From Myxococcota bacterium (lineage in GTDB: Bacteria; Myxococcota_A; SURF-8), in assembly GCA_963674735.2 (NCBI GenBank), contig CAXXQS010000002.1, positions 1,248,001-1,312,000 of the forward strand: a stretch of 64,000 nucleotides of DNA, read 5' to 3'. The position numbers and the translations under genes are program-made. Below, piece after piece: positions 28,038 to 38,064 of this stretch; the stretch's first letter is position 1; each line of letters opens with the position of its first letter. The notes under the pieces were generated by a model, which saw only the letters and a list, made by a program, of their open reading frames with translations, ran no database searches and was not told where the DNA came from.

Positions 28038-28538
28038 TCAGTCTGTTGTGGCCTTCTCGGGGGACTTCGGGGGAGCATCGCCGCGTAACGCACGCAGCAT
28101 CGCCATCAGTTGCGGAGTATAGACGCCGGAGGAATAGAGCATCAGCGCTTTTTGGATGTGCGTCCGCGCCTCGTCCAGACGTTGTTGCATCAGCAGAATG
28201 CGCGCCTTGAGATAATAAGCCTTCTCGGCGGCGGCGCCTTGGGTCGTGGCCAGAAAAGAGTCGAGGTCGGCGAGCGCCGGACCCAACTGTCCTTCCGCCA
28301 TCTTTTGGCTGACTCCTTTGTAAAAAGTCTCGATGGCGTCGACCCGAACCGGCATAGGGGAGTCGGGCGACTTGTGCAAGGCGACGGCTTTTTTCGGACC
28401 GGCCTGGGGGATATACGGCTCTTCAAGATCGAATTCGTGTTCATCCACCGTGACGACCTCACAGGCTCCGAGCGCCGCGACGACGGCGAGCCAGAATCCG
28501 ATCAGCGCGAGTCGATTGAGCAGGGGTGAAAAGGTCAT
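28038..28538 (-). CDS. TPR-like lipoprotein
   Basis: Lipobox LGAC; helical repeat AEKAYYLKARI. Confidence 0.6.
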   Translation of the reverse strand: MTFSPLLNRLALIGFWLAVVAALGACEVVTVDEHEFDLEEPYIPQAGPKKAVALHKSPDSPMPVRVDAIETFYKGVSQKMAEGQLGPALADLDSFLATTQGAAAEKAYYLKARILLMQQRLDEARTHIQKALMLYSSGVYTPQLMAMLRALRGDAPPKSPEKATTD

Positions 28539-28696
28539 AACCGGTAGCCTCCTTGTGCGCTTACGCTATGCGATCATGGGCGGACTGTCAACTTTCGCCG
28601 AGCGGCGGCATTCATTTTTTGACAAAGGGCGTCACCGGGTGCCAAGATAACCGGGGCTAAGGGGTCGATCGCGATTAATCTGAAGGAGACGAGTGA

Positions 28697-29968
28697 ATGC
28701 GATGGAGGAGCATGATGCCGGCGGGGGTGATTCGGGGGCTCGGCCTCGGGGTCGGCCTGTGGGTTTTTGCTGCTTTGAGTTTCGCTTCACCCGTGTCGGC
28801 CTTCTTCGCTCACGAAAGCGAACGGGGCGGGTTGGAGATGCGCGCGGTGGTGGATGCCGCCGTTACCGCCGGACGCAATCCGACGCCCCGCGAACTCTAT
28901 CCCTCGGCCGCCGACGGCCAGGGTTCGACCACCTTGCGTCTGTTGATGGATGCCGATATGGGTGAGGCGGCGCGTTTTCGTTTGAACGCCTACCAAGGGC
29001 TGCGTCTGACTACGGAGAGCCGGTCCCTCTTTTCCGGTGATGGCGGTGCGTACCGCAGTACGTATCTGGATGTGGACTGGTCGGAGGATGCGGACGTTAA
29101 AATGCCTCTGGCTGTGGATGAACTGGTGTTTAAATTCGCAGCCGACCGGATGGATATCGCCGTGGGTCGACAAGCGGTCGGGTTGGCCGTCAATATGATT
29201 TTCACCCCCAACGATATCTTCTACGCGTTTTCGCCCGATGCGCTCGATCGGGCCTTTCGTCCCGGTGTGGATGCGGCGCGAGTGGATGTGCGTATCACCG
29301 ATCTTTCGCAGATCACCCTGCTGGGTGTGATGGGTTACGATGACGAGGATATCCCGGACTGGGAAAACTCCGCTACCTTGCTGCGCGCCAGCGTCAACGT
29401 GGATAACACCGACCTGATTGCGCTTGGCGGCAAAGCGGCTGGCCGTTACCTGGTGGGTGGAGGTCTTATCGGCGAACTGAAGGGAGCCGGGCTGCGTGCC
29501 GAGGGCAACGTCTCGATTCCTTCCGATGATTCGGAGGATGTTTACGGCCAGGTGGCGGGCGGGGTGGACTATCGCTGGCCCAACACGTTTTATCTGGTGG
29601 TGGAGTACTATTATCACGGCAATGGCGTCGGCGACCCCGATGAGTATCTGGGCCGCATGACGGATGATGCGTTTCTTCTCGATCCCTATTTGGGAGAACA
29701 TTACCTGGGAGTGTCGCTCAGCGGCGAGGTGCATCCGTTGGTTACGTTGCAAGGAGTGCTGATCGGCAATTTACTCGATCCGTCGCTGCTGGTGTCGTCG
29801 GGGGTGACCTATTCGGCGGCGGACGAAGTGGAATTGATCGCCTCGGCCGTTTTACCCATCGGACGCTGGCCGACCCTCGAACGTCCCGCGCGCATGCTGC
29901 CGCAGTTGCGTTCCGAATACGGGGCGTATCCTTTCTCTTTGTTCATTCAAACGCGGGTCTATTTTTAG
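28697..29968 (+). CDS. Hypothetical outer-membrane porin-like protein
   Basis: Signal peptide; GRQ...F.PND.F and RPGVDAAR motifs; terminal RVYF. Confidence 0.65.
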   Translation: MRWRSMMPAGVIRGLGLGVGLWVFAALSFASPVSAFFAHESERGGLEMRAVVDAAVTAGRNPTPRELYPSAADGQGSTTLRLLMDADMGEAARFRLNAYQGLRLTTESRSLFSGDGGAYRSTYLDVDWSEDADVKMPLAVDELVFKFAADRMDIAVGRQAVGLAVNMIFTPNDIFYAFSPDALDRAFRPGVDAARVDVRITDLSQITLLGVMGYDDEDIPDWENSATLLRASVNVDNTDLIALGGKAAGRYLVGGGLIGELKGAGLRAEGNVSIPSDDSEDVYGQVAGGVDYRWPNTFYLVVEYYYHGNGVGDPDEYLGRMTDDAFLLDPYLGEHYLGVSLSGEVHPLVTLQGVLIGNLLDPSLLVSSGVTYSAADEVELIASAVLPIGRWPTLERPARMLPQLRSEYGAYPFSLFIQTRVYF

Positions 29969-29986
29969 CGGAAAGGACAGACGACG

Positions 29987-31087
29987 ATGAAGTTCGTCGA
30001 TGAAGTGATTATCCATGTGGAAGCCGGGGCCGGGGGAAACGGCTGTATGTCGTTCAGACGAGAAAAGTACGCCCCGCGTGGCGGGCCCGACGGTGGCGAT
30101 GGCGGCGGCGGCGGCGATGTCGTCCTGGTGGGCGATCCGGGTATTTCCACCTTGCTCGACCTGCGCTACAACCAGCATCAGCGCGCCAAGCACGGTGTCC
30201 ACGGCAAGGGCAAGCAGATGACCGGTGCGCGTTCCAAGGATAAGCTGGTGCGTGTGCCGCTGGGAACGATCGCCTCGGATGCCGAAACCGGTGAGGTGCT
30301 GGGCGAGGTTCTCGAAATCAACGAACGCCTGCGCGTGGCCAAAGGTGGACGCGGCGGGCGCGGCAACCTGCGTTTCGTTTCCTCCGTCAATCGCGCGCCG
30401 CGGCGAGCCGATCCGGGTGAGCCGGGTGAAGCGCGGCGTGTGCGTCTGGAACTCAAGCTGCTGGCCGATGTGGGTTTGGTGGGCTTCCCCAATGCGGGAA
30501 AGAGCACGCTGATTTCGGCCTTGTCGGCGGCGCGACCCAAAATCGCCGATTATCCCTTTACCACACTGGTTCCCAATCTGGGCGTGGTGCGCACGAAATC
30601 GGGATTCAGCTTCGTGATGGCCGACATTCCGGGACTGATCGAAGGAGCCAGCGACGGCGCGGGCATGGGGATTCAATTCTTGCGCCACGTGGAGCGTTGT
30701 TCGGTCCTGGCCTTCTTGCTGGACTTTTCGACGGACCGTGAGAGCAGTCCATTGGAAGACTACCGGGTGCTCTGTAGCGAATTGGAACGCTTCGCCCCCG
30801 AGATGCTCAAAAAACCACGGGTGGTGGGGCTCAACAAAATGGACCTCAATCCCGACCCCGAGCAGGTCGAAGAAATCCGCGCTTTTTTCGCCCAGGCCGA
30901 TGTGCCTTTCACCGAGATTTCGGCGGCAACGCGCCGCCAGATCGACGACTTGGTGATGCTACTCGACATGCAGATCCCGCGACCGGTGGAGGTTGACCAC
31001 CAATTGGAATTGGGGACTCCGCTGCATAAGCTACCCGGCGCGCAACCGAACGATTCGGTTGACGATGAAGATGAAGGAGAAGAGTAG
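29987..31087 (+). CDS. obgE: GTPase ObgE/CgtA
   Basis: FVDE, FRREKY.PRGGPDGGDGG, GFPNAGKST, YPFTT, DIPG and NKMD. Confidence 0.98.
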   Translation: MKFVDEVIIHVEAGAGGNGCMSFRREKYAPRGGPDGGDGGGGGDVVLVGDPGISTLLDLRYNQHQRAKHGVHGKGKQMTGARSKDKLVRVPLGTIASDAETGEVLGEVLEINERLRVAKGGRGGRGNLRFVSSVNRAPRRADPGEPGEARRVRLELKLLADVGLVGFPNAGKSTLISALSAARPKIADYPFTTLVPNLGVVRTKSGFSFVMADIPGLIEGASDGAGMGIQFLRHVERCSVLAFLLDFSTDRESSPLEDYRVLCSELERFAPEMLKKPRVVGLNKMDLNPDPEQVEEIRAFFAQADVPFTEISAATRRQIDDLVMLLDMQIPRPVEVDHQLELGTPLHKLPGAQPNDSVDDEDEGEE

Positions 31088-31090
31088 ACG

Positions 31091-31678
31091 CTACTCGTTC
31101 ATGCCGTTCAGGCAATCCTGAAAACCGGCGCAATCGGCGACATCCAGACAGACGAAAAGATCGGTCGCGATTTCGTCGGCTTCCTCACAAGCCATGCGGC
31201 AGGACGTGTTCCAGCTTTCGTCGAGGGAGCCGCTGGTGTCGCATTCCCACATACGATCGCACATTTCCTTGCAAGCCATGCGTTCGGTCGCGTCCGTGCC
31301 ATCTCCGTCGCTGTCGTCATCCATGCAGGCAACGAAGGCATCCTCTTCATCGGAGCAGGCTTCCATGGCGGCGGTGAAGACTTCGCCGTCGGTTTCACAG
31401 AAATCGGATTCGTCCACCTGATCGTACACGCAATTGAAACCGGTGATGTACTCATCATCGCAGCCAAATTCCGCGTAGGTGTCCAGGGCATCCTGGCAGC
31501 TTTCGAGGCAGGCGTCCATGTCGAAGTTCGTTTCGCCTTGGTCTTCGACGCAGAGTTGGCCGATATTACAGTTCGTGGTGCACAGATCGCCGCCGTTCTC
31601 ATCGTCGCAGGCATTGATGAACAGCAGCGTGGTGGCCAGTAAAAGACTTAAAAACACAAAACGACTGGACTGTGACAT
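31091..31678 (-). CDS. Small Cys-rich acidic lipoprotein
   Basis: Lipobox INAC; CxxxC pairs; AAAGGAG RBS. Confidence 0.7.
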   Translation of the reverse strand: MSQSSRFVFLSLLLATTLLFINACDDENGGDLCTTNCNIGQLCVEDQGETNFDMDACLESCQDALDTYAEFGCDDEYITGFNCVYDQVDESDFCETDGEVFTAAMEACSDEEDAFVACMDDDSDGDGTDATERMACKEMCDRMWECDTSGSLDESWNTSCRMACEEADEIATDLFVCLDVADCAGFQDCLNGMNE

Positions 31679-31846
31679 CACCGACTCCTTTCACCGGGAT
31701 GCGGGGTGCCCGGCATTGTAAACGGACGGATGTAAAAACGATGGATCGAAAATAGCATACTTGAACGGAATCGGCAACGCAGATTGAACGGCAGAACACT
31801 TCTTTCTGTTAGAGGCGTCGTCTCTCCCCCGAGTCGATGGGTTTAC

Positions 31847-32698
31847 CTAGAAGCTGACTCCGGCGTTGATGACAATCGCCCAGCGCTCTTCACCCAAGTT
31901 GTTGTCGGTGTCTGGGTAGACGCGGATACGCACGCCCAGACCCGCCTGGAACATGCCCATGCGGTAGAAGACGCCCGGCGTGACATAGATGTAGGTTTCC
32001 AGGTCCGGCTGGAACCACGTGACCGCCGAAGGCTCGACCGTCAGGTAAAACCCGCCGTAGACCAAAAACGAAATCGGAATGCCGTAATCGAGGCCGAAGG
32101 GATCGTCGTCGAGAAAATAGTCGGGCTTGCGTTTGGCGAAGAGTGTTTGGTCGTTGTCGTTGTTGGTGTCGATGTAGATCGGAACGCCCAGATAGGGAGA
32201 GAAGTAAAAGCGCCAGGCCTCGATACCCGAAGCCAGGTAGGGACGCATGTAGAACACATCCGCCCCGGCAACGTTTTCGAGCGACTGGTTGATCAGACGA
32301 AAATGGATGCCGGTGGTCAGAATCACGGGGCGTACGTTGTAGAAGGTGTAATTGACGCCGGTGCCGAAACTGGCGAAGGTGAAACCGGATTTGTCGCCGG
32401 TGATGATGTCCATCTCGATATCGAAATCGAGCGACAGTTCGGGCAGAATGCCCACGGTGGCTCCGGGGCTCAACTCGATGATCTGGACGTCTTGAGTCTG
32501 CCCCGAAATAAACAGAGTGCCGACGTTGAAGCGGAAGGATGTGTAGTGGAAAAGGCGCGGGCCCGACAGGGTTTCGGGGTAATCGTTTTTCGAATAGCCC
32601 TCGTCATCCTCGGCCATGGCGGGCGTCATTCCCAGACCGAGCAGAAAAAGGATGGCCAATAAGGTTGCTACCGCGTTTCGTCCCAATGTCGTCGCCAT
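31847..32698 (-). CDS. Hypothetical outer-membrane beta-barrel protein
   Basis: GGAGGG RBS, signal peptide ending AMA, aromatic strands, terminal GVSF. Confidence 0.65.
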   Translation of the reverse strand: MATTLGRNAVATLLAILFLLGLGMTPAMAEDDEGYSKNDYPETLSGPRLFHYTSFRFNVGTLFISGQTQDVQIIELSPGATVGILPELSLDFDIEMDIITGDKSGFTFASFGTGVNYTFYNVRPVILTTGIHFRLINQSLENVAGADVFYMRPYLASGIEAWRFYFSPYLGVPIYIDTNNDNDQTLFAKRKPDYFLDDDPFGLDYGIPISFLVYGGFYLTVEPSAVTWFQPDLETYIYVTPGVFYRMGMFQAGLGVRIRVYPDTDNNLGEERWAIVINAGVSF

Positions 32699-32765
32699 GT
32701 CGCCCTCCGCTGATATTTCTTTCGAAAGCTGGATATAAAAACGCTAACAAATATGCCCGGTCCTG

Positions 32766-34307
32766 TCAATCGCGGTGTTTTTTACTTGGCGAGCGGGGGC
32801 CGGGTGTTTGGGGCAGGTGAGTGCTGTCGGCGGAAATTTTGGTGACCTGCGCTTCAATCTCGCCTTTGCCGGGAACAAGGGTGACATGAGCGCCGATTGT
32901 CAGGGTGGTGGCGTCTCTGACGATCCGTCCGCTTTCGTCGAAGGCAACGGAATACCCGCGTTCCATCACCTTGAGTGGCGACAAGGCATCCAGGGCGCGC
33001 GCCAGCCGGGCGATATCCTGACGTCCGATTTGTTGGCGCGTGTGCATAGCCAGCCTGAGGCGATGCTCCAGGCCTTGCAAGCGTGTTCGCGCGATCGGCA
33101 GTTGCGGTTTGGGAGAGTGCTGCCAGAGTCGCCGGACAGCGCCGTCGAAAACGTCGATGTGTCGATTCAACTCGATTTTCTCGACATGTTTCAAACGTGT
33201 GGCCAACGTTCGCAGGTGAGCCTTGTGGCGTTCGAAACGACGGCCGGGGTGGCGCTGTTGCAGGCGCGTGGACAGTTCATTGAGGCTTTGCATTTTCCGG
33301 TGGATCCGGGTGGGCAAGGTGGCCGCCAGGCGATGAGTCAAGCCATCGAGTCGTAGCCGCTGATCGATGAGCAGGCGCTGTGGATCGCCCAAGCGGTGGG
33401 TGGCGTCGCGCAGATCGTGGCGCGCCTGCGCCAGACGGCTTTGCATGGCGCGGGTTAAACGGTGCTGGAGGGCCTGCAGATCGTCGATCAGTTCGTCTCG
33501 AACGGGCACCGCCAGTTCACCCGCCTGGGAAGGCGTGCTGGCGCGCAGGTCGGCGGTGAAATCGGCGATGGTGATATCGGTTTCGTGGCCGACCGCCGAA
33601 ATGACCGGAACGGGACAGGCGCGGATGGCCCGAGCCACCCGTTCGTCGTTGAAAGCCCAAAGATCTTCAATACTTCCACCGCCTCTGCCGACGATTACCA
33701 GATCCACGTCCTGCAGGCCACCGGCCCGTTCGAGTGCGGTAACGATCTGGGAGGGGGCCGAATCACCTTGTACCAAAGTCGGCACGATCACAAGGGGCAT
33801 GGCAGGAAAACGGCGGCGGATGACGCGGATCATGTCTTGTACGGCCGCTCCCTCGGGCGAAGTGACCAGGGCGATGCGGGTGGGAAGAAACGGAGGCTGG
33901 CGTTTGAGCTCCGGGTCGAACAAACCCTCCTCGGCCAGCTTGCGTTTCAGTTCTTCGAAGGCGGCCATCAGGCGACCCTGGCCCGCCGGTTCCAAATGGT
34001 CGGCGACGAATTGGTAGGCTCCGCGCGGTTCGTAGACATTCAGTCGTCCGTGCAGGCGCAGCAAGTCCCCTTCTCTGGGCGGGCGACCGAACAGGCGGTT
34101 CTGACCCTTGAACATCACCACCGGCAGTTGCGCCCCGGCATCTTTGACCGTGAAATACCAGTGCCCCGAACGGGCCACGGTGAGGTTGGATATTTCGCCT
34201 TCCACCCAAACTCCGGCGAACCCGGTCTCAAGTAACTGCTTGATCTCACGAGTTAACTGGGTAACACTGTAGATGTTTCGCTGGATGCTGAAGCCGTTAC
34301 CCGACAC
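32766..34307 (-). CDS. xseA: Exodeoxyribonuclease VII large subunit
   Basis: VWVEGEISN, SGHWYF, RGGGSIEDLWAFN, VGHETD and LSPLKVMERGYS. Confidence 0.97.
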   Translation of the reverse strand: MSGNGFSIQRNIYSVTQLTREIKQLLETGFAGVWVEGEISNLTVARSGHWYFTVKDAGAQLPVVMFKGQNRLFGRPPREGDLLRLHGRLNVYEPRGAYQFVADHLEPAGQGRLMAAFEELKRKLAEEGLFDPELKRQPPFLPTRIALVTSPEGAAVQDMIRVIRRRFPAMPLVIVPTLVQGDSAPSQIVTALERAGGLQDVDLVIVGRGGGSIEDLWAFNDERVARAIRACPVPVISAVGHETDITIADFTADLRASTPSQAGELAVPVRDELIDDLQALQHRLTRAMQSRLAQARHDLRDATHRLGDPQRLLIDQRLRLDGLTHRLAATLPTRIHRKMQSLNELSTRLQQRHPGRRFERHKAHLRTLATRLKHVEKIELNRHIDVFDGAVRRLWQHSPKPQLPIARTRLQGLEHRLRLAMHTRQQIGRQDIARLARALDALSPLKVMERGYSVAFDESGRIVRDATTLTIGAHVTLVPGKGEIEAQVTKISADSTHLPQTPGPRSPSKKHRD

Positions 34308-34327
34308 CGCAGACCTCGTTTCGATTG

Positions 34328-35176
34328 TTACAGCGGACGCCGCGCCGTGAAAACGCGCTTGACGGAACGATAGACCTCCGGATTGGAGACAGCCATGATC
34401 CAGGGCATGCGGTGTCGGTCCAAATAGTCTTTCAATTCAAGTGGTTCACCGGATTCGAAAGTTAGCAGATGACCGCCTGCGCGCGTGAGAATGAGGCTGG
34501 AGGCGGCGATATCCCAGATCTTGGGATTCATGATCGCCCCCACACCGGCACCGCGTGATACGACACACATGTGGGCCGCGACGGACCCCAACGAGCGATG
34601 CTTGCCCATGAAGTCGCTGGTCCATAAACGATTGAAATCACTTGGAACCAGGAAGAGGGTGCGGTTGTCGAACGCCGGATCCGGATTGACATGCAAGGGG
34701 ATCTGGCGTTCTTCCGGTGAATCGGGGTACAGTGTCAGCAGAGATTCGGACTGCATGCTAGCGGTATACAGCTCATCGGTTGCAGGCTGATAAAAAGCCC
34801 CCACCAAAGGTTGGCCGCGATAGAAAAGCGCCAGCGAGACGCCCCAGGCGGGAAGCCGCGACGCGAAGGCGTCGGTGCCGTCGATCGGGTCGGTGATCCA
34901 GATCCATTCCTCATCGCCCCGAACCGGGTCGGCCGGACCCGCTTCTTCACCCAGAAAAGCGTGATCGGGAAATTTTTGCTGTACCGCGTCATAAAGCAGG
35001 GTCTGAACGTCGAAGTCGGCATTGGTGACCAATGAGCGGTTGGATTTGATCTGGAGTTCCAGTGAATCGACCATGCGACGGGCCCGTCGCCCGGCGCGCA
35101 AGACCAGATCCCTTGCAAAAGCAAGGTAGTAGCTGTCCGAAGGAATATTCATGCCGTTCTCCTTGTTCACTTCCAA
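34328..35176 (-). CDS. Inositol monophosphatase family protein
   Basis: LVT.AD, GEE, DPIDGT and WDIAA; start may be ATG 35152. Confidence 0.9.
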   Translation of the reverse strand: MEVNKENGMNIPSDSYYLAFARDLVLRAGRRARRMVDSLELQIKSNRSLVTNADFDVQTLLYDAVQQKFPDHAFLGEEAGPADPVRGDEEWIWITDPIDGTDAFASRLPAWGVSLALFYRGQPLVGAFYQPATDELYTASMQSESLLTLYPDSPEERQIPLHVNPDPAFDNRTLFLVPSDFNRLWTSDFMGKHRSLGSVAAHMCVVSRGAGVGAIMNPKIWDIAASSLILTRAGGHLLTFESGEPLELKDYLDRHRMPWIMAVSNPEVYRSVKRVFTARRPL

Positions 35177-35305
35177 AGGTGGCCGGACTCATGCTAACAG
35201 AGCCGGAAAGACGTGACAAGGAAAAAGGATACGCAGAAAATGCGCAAAATATAGGCAACTGTATCGGTGAAAGCAACAAAATGTGTGCTTTGCGTCAGAA
35301 AATGC

Positions 35306-35334
35306 TTGACGGATGTTTGTCCAAGTGTTACATT
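35306..35334 (+). promoter_or_regulatory. Sigma70 promoter for carD
   Basis: TTGACG-N17-TACATT with TGn extension. Confidence 0.6.
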
Positions 35335-35369
35335 ACTGGCTCCTTTGTGTCCTGGGGAGGTTCTACAGC

Positions 35370-35858
35370 ATGTTAGATTTCAAAGTTGGCGATAAAGCCG
35401 TTTATCCGGCGCACGGTGTGGGTGAAGTAACCGGGATCGAACAGAAGGAAGTCGCCGGTCAAAAGCTGGACTTCTATGTTCTGAAGATCATGGGGAATGA
35501 TATCACGATTCTGGTTCCGCAGGCCAATGCCGAAAAGGTCGGGCTGCGGACGGTGATTACGCCTCGCAAAGTCAGCAAGGTGATGTCCATCTTGCGCGAG
35601 CGAGATGTCGAAATCGACCGCCAGACCTGGAATCGTCGTTATCGGGAGTATATGGAGAAGATCAAGACCGGCTCGGTGTTCGAAGTGGCCGAAGTCATGC
35701 GCGATCTTTATATCCTTAGCGATGACAAAGAGTTGAGCTTCGGCGAACGCAAAATGCTCGACATGGCTCGTGATCTTCTGGTCAAGGAATTGTCGGTAGC
35801 CCGACGTAAAAAAGAAGACGATATCGAGAAAGAACTCGACAAAATCTTCAATTGTTAA
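35370..35858 (+). CDS. carD: CarD/CdnL family RNA polymerase-binding regulator
   Basis: FKVGDKAVYPAHGVG, WNRRYR and LSFGERKM; GGGAGG RBS before ATG 35370. Confidence 0.95.
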   Translation: MLDFKVGDKAVYPAHGVGEVTGIEQKEVAGQKLDFYVLKIMGNDITILVPQANAEKVGLRTVITPRKVSKVMSILRERDVEIDRQTWNRRYREYMEKIKTGSVFEVAEVMRDLYILSDDKELSFGERKMLDMARDLLVKELSVARRKKEDDIEKELDKIFNC

Positions 35859-36111
35859 GAACTGGTCTTTTCCACTCCGAGGCGTATACTATTCCCGCCT
35901 GCCTCGGGGTTTTCAGCATGCGACAGTTTGCAGGTTGACAACACCGATGGCTGATTCGGCGTTTGGCTTCGCTTGGAGTTTGCGTGTGGAGCGGTTTGTG
36001 GTAGGATCGCCTTGGTCGAGTGACTGTCCGATAAGCCGGTAAGGTGAGTCAGACGCCGGAGGGGTGTCGGTTGTCGGTGGAAGACGGACGACGAGGTGTG
36101 GGGATAGGAAT

Positions 36112-37323
36112 ATGGCTGAACAACCCAAGGATCTCTTGACGGCGCCTTTGCATGTCATCATCGTGGCAGGTGGAAACGGCAAGCGGGTCGGCGGTCCGGT
36201 TCCCAAGCAGTTTCTGACTTTGCAAGGCAAGCCTCTAATCGAATGGAGCGCTTCCACCTTCAATAGCCTCGATGAAGTGGCTGGAATCGTGGTGGTCGTA
36301 CCCGAAGATTACCGCCAGGAAAGCGAATCGCTTTTACGGGCCGGTGGCGTGGACGACAAACTGATCGGAGTGGTCAGCGGCGGAAGCAGTCGGCAGGAGA
36401 GCGTGGCCAAAGGATTGCGGGCCTTGCCGCCCAACACCGCTTGGGTTGCGGTGCACGATGCCGCCCGGCCCTTTGTCACCACCCAGCTGATTCGTGCCAC
36501 TCTCACTTTAGCCGAACATGCCGGGGCCGCCATTCCCACCGTTGCCATCCATGACACGCTGGTGCAGGTGGATGCCAGCAACCTGATCGTGCGGCCGATT
36601 TCGCGCGAGTTGGTCAAACGCTCGCAAACACCGCAGATTTTCAAGGCGGAAATTCTGGCCGATGCCCATCGCCAGGCCGCCAATGAAGGGCTGTTGTTTC
36701 AGGACGATGCCACCCTGATCGCACATTATGGGTATCAGGTGGCCACCTTTGCGCATCACGGTGAAAATCGGAAGATCACCACGTCTCAAGACTTGGAGAA
36801 GATCACCATGCAGAAATCCGCCAAACTCTCAAGCATTCGTTGCGGTCAGGGCTTCGATGTGCATCCCTTCGCCGATGGTCGACCCTTGCTTCTGGGCGGT
36901 GTGCGCTTTGCCAACCAACGCGGGTTGGCGGGTCATTCCGATGCCGATGTCATTTGCCATGCCGTATGTGACGCGGTTCTGGGCGGTGCGGCGTTGGGTG
37001 ATATCGGGCAGCATTTCGGCCCTAATGATCCCGCTTACGAAAAGGTATCGAGCTTGACCTTGCTCGAAGAGGTGGCTCATATGGTGCGAAAGCGCGGCTT
37101 CGAGATCACCTATATCGACGCCACCCTGATCGGTGAGCAGCCGCGCATTGCGGGTCACCGGGAAGAAATGCGCGAGAACATCGCCCGTCATTTATCGATC
37201 GATCCCGAGTGTGTGTCGGTCAAGGCCACCACGACCGAAGGTCTGGGATTTCTCGGTCATGGAGAGGGGTTGGCGGCTAATGCGGTGGCGACCTTGCTGC
37301 TGACCGGCGAGGAGGCTCGATGA
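36112..37323 (+). CDS. ispDF: Bifunctional IspD/IspF (MEP pathway)
   Basis: IspD motifs AGGNGKR, PKQF, RQESV, HDAARP, QTPQ and KITT; IspF motifs GFDVH, HSDADV, GDIG and VKATT. Confidence 0.95.
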   Translation: MAEQPKDLLTAPLHVIIVAGGNGKRVGGPVPKQFLTLQGKPLIEWSASTFNSLDEVAGIVVVVPEDYRQESESLLRAGGVDDKLIGVVSGGSSRQESVAKGLRALPPNTAWVAVHDAARPFVTTQLIRATLTLAEHAGAAIPTVAIHDTLVQVDASNLIVRPISRELVKRSQTPQIFKAEILADAHRQAANEGLLFQDDATLIAHYGYQVATFAHHGENRKITTSQDLEKITMQKSAKLSSIRCGQGFDVHPFADGRPLLLGGVRFANQRGLAGHSDADVICHAVCDAVLGGAALGDIGQHFGPNDPAYEKVSSLTLLEEVAHMVRKRGFEITYIDATLIGEQPRIAGHREEMRENIARHLSIDPECVSVKATTTEGLGFLGHGEGLAANAVATLLLTGEEAR

Positions 37324-38012
37324 ATCACGAAACCCGGCCCGAAAGCGCCCTAGAGGAAGAGGCCACCTTTTTCGAAAATAACGAGTCGTCCGTGCATGAT
37401 GCGGTCGATGACGCAGCCGATGACGCGGCTTTCAACGACGATTGGGGCGATCCGCCCGCAACGTCTCGGAAGCGTCCGCTGTGGATGGCCCTTCTGGCGA
37501 TGCTGGTGTGTCTCTATCTGCTTTTCAGTTTGCGCCACGATCTTGTTTACGCCTTTACCACGGGAGAACCGGTGGATCTGGGCGACGCGGTCGGCTTTGC
37601 GTCCACCGACCTGCCCGACGGCACCCTGGTGGCGATTTCCGGCATTCGCAATCCCACGCGCGGCATTCATCTCAATGCGGCCATCAACGACCGCAATGTG
37701 TTTCAGATGATGGGGGCTCCGAAGGTTTTCATCGAAACCGTGGCCGATGCGGATAAGGGGCAGGATCGTCTGACCAGCGAACGCTTTGTCGGACGGTTGA
37801 GGAACTTTGCCGATGTACCCTATTACAACGTCGTGCGCGAATTTGCCGCTTTCAACTACGGCATCGATATCCAGGAGGGGGCGATTCTGGTGCAGGCATC
37901 GGAAAAACCCGAGGATTTCTGGTATATCCCCATTCTTGCGGGACTTTTAGCGCTGATTGCATTGGTCAACGCCTATCTGGTGACACGGCGGCTCTGGCCC
38001 GCCCGTTCTTAG
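37320..38012 (+). CDS. Hypothetical two-TM membrane protein
   Basis: ATGA overlap with ispDF; acidic N-terminus; two hydrophobic helices. Confidence 0.65.
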   Translation: MNHETRPESALEEEATFFENNESSVHDAVDDAADDAAFNDDWGDPPATSRKRPLWMALLAMLVCLYLLFSLRHDLVYAFTTGEPVDLGDAVGFASTDLPDGTLVAISGIRNPTRGIHLNAAINDRNVFQMMGAPKVFIETVADADKGQDRLTSERFVGRLRNFADVPYYNVVREFAAFNYGIDIQEGAILVQASEKPEDFWYIPILAGLLALIALVNAYLVTRRLWPARS

Positions 38013-38064
38013 TCTTCCGGGGCTTCCGGCGACTCTAAGATTTTCGGAAAGGACGAACGGAATT

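Noticed and set aside
35860-36110. tRNA or ncRNA between carD and ispDF
   Set aside because: No cloverleaf or T-loop; only a weak hairpin at about 35875-35915.
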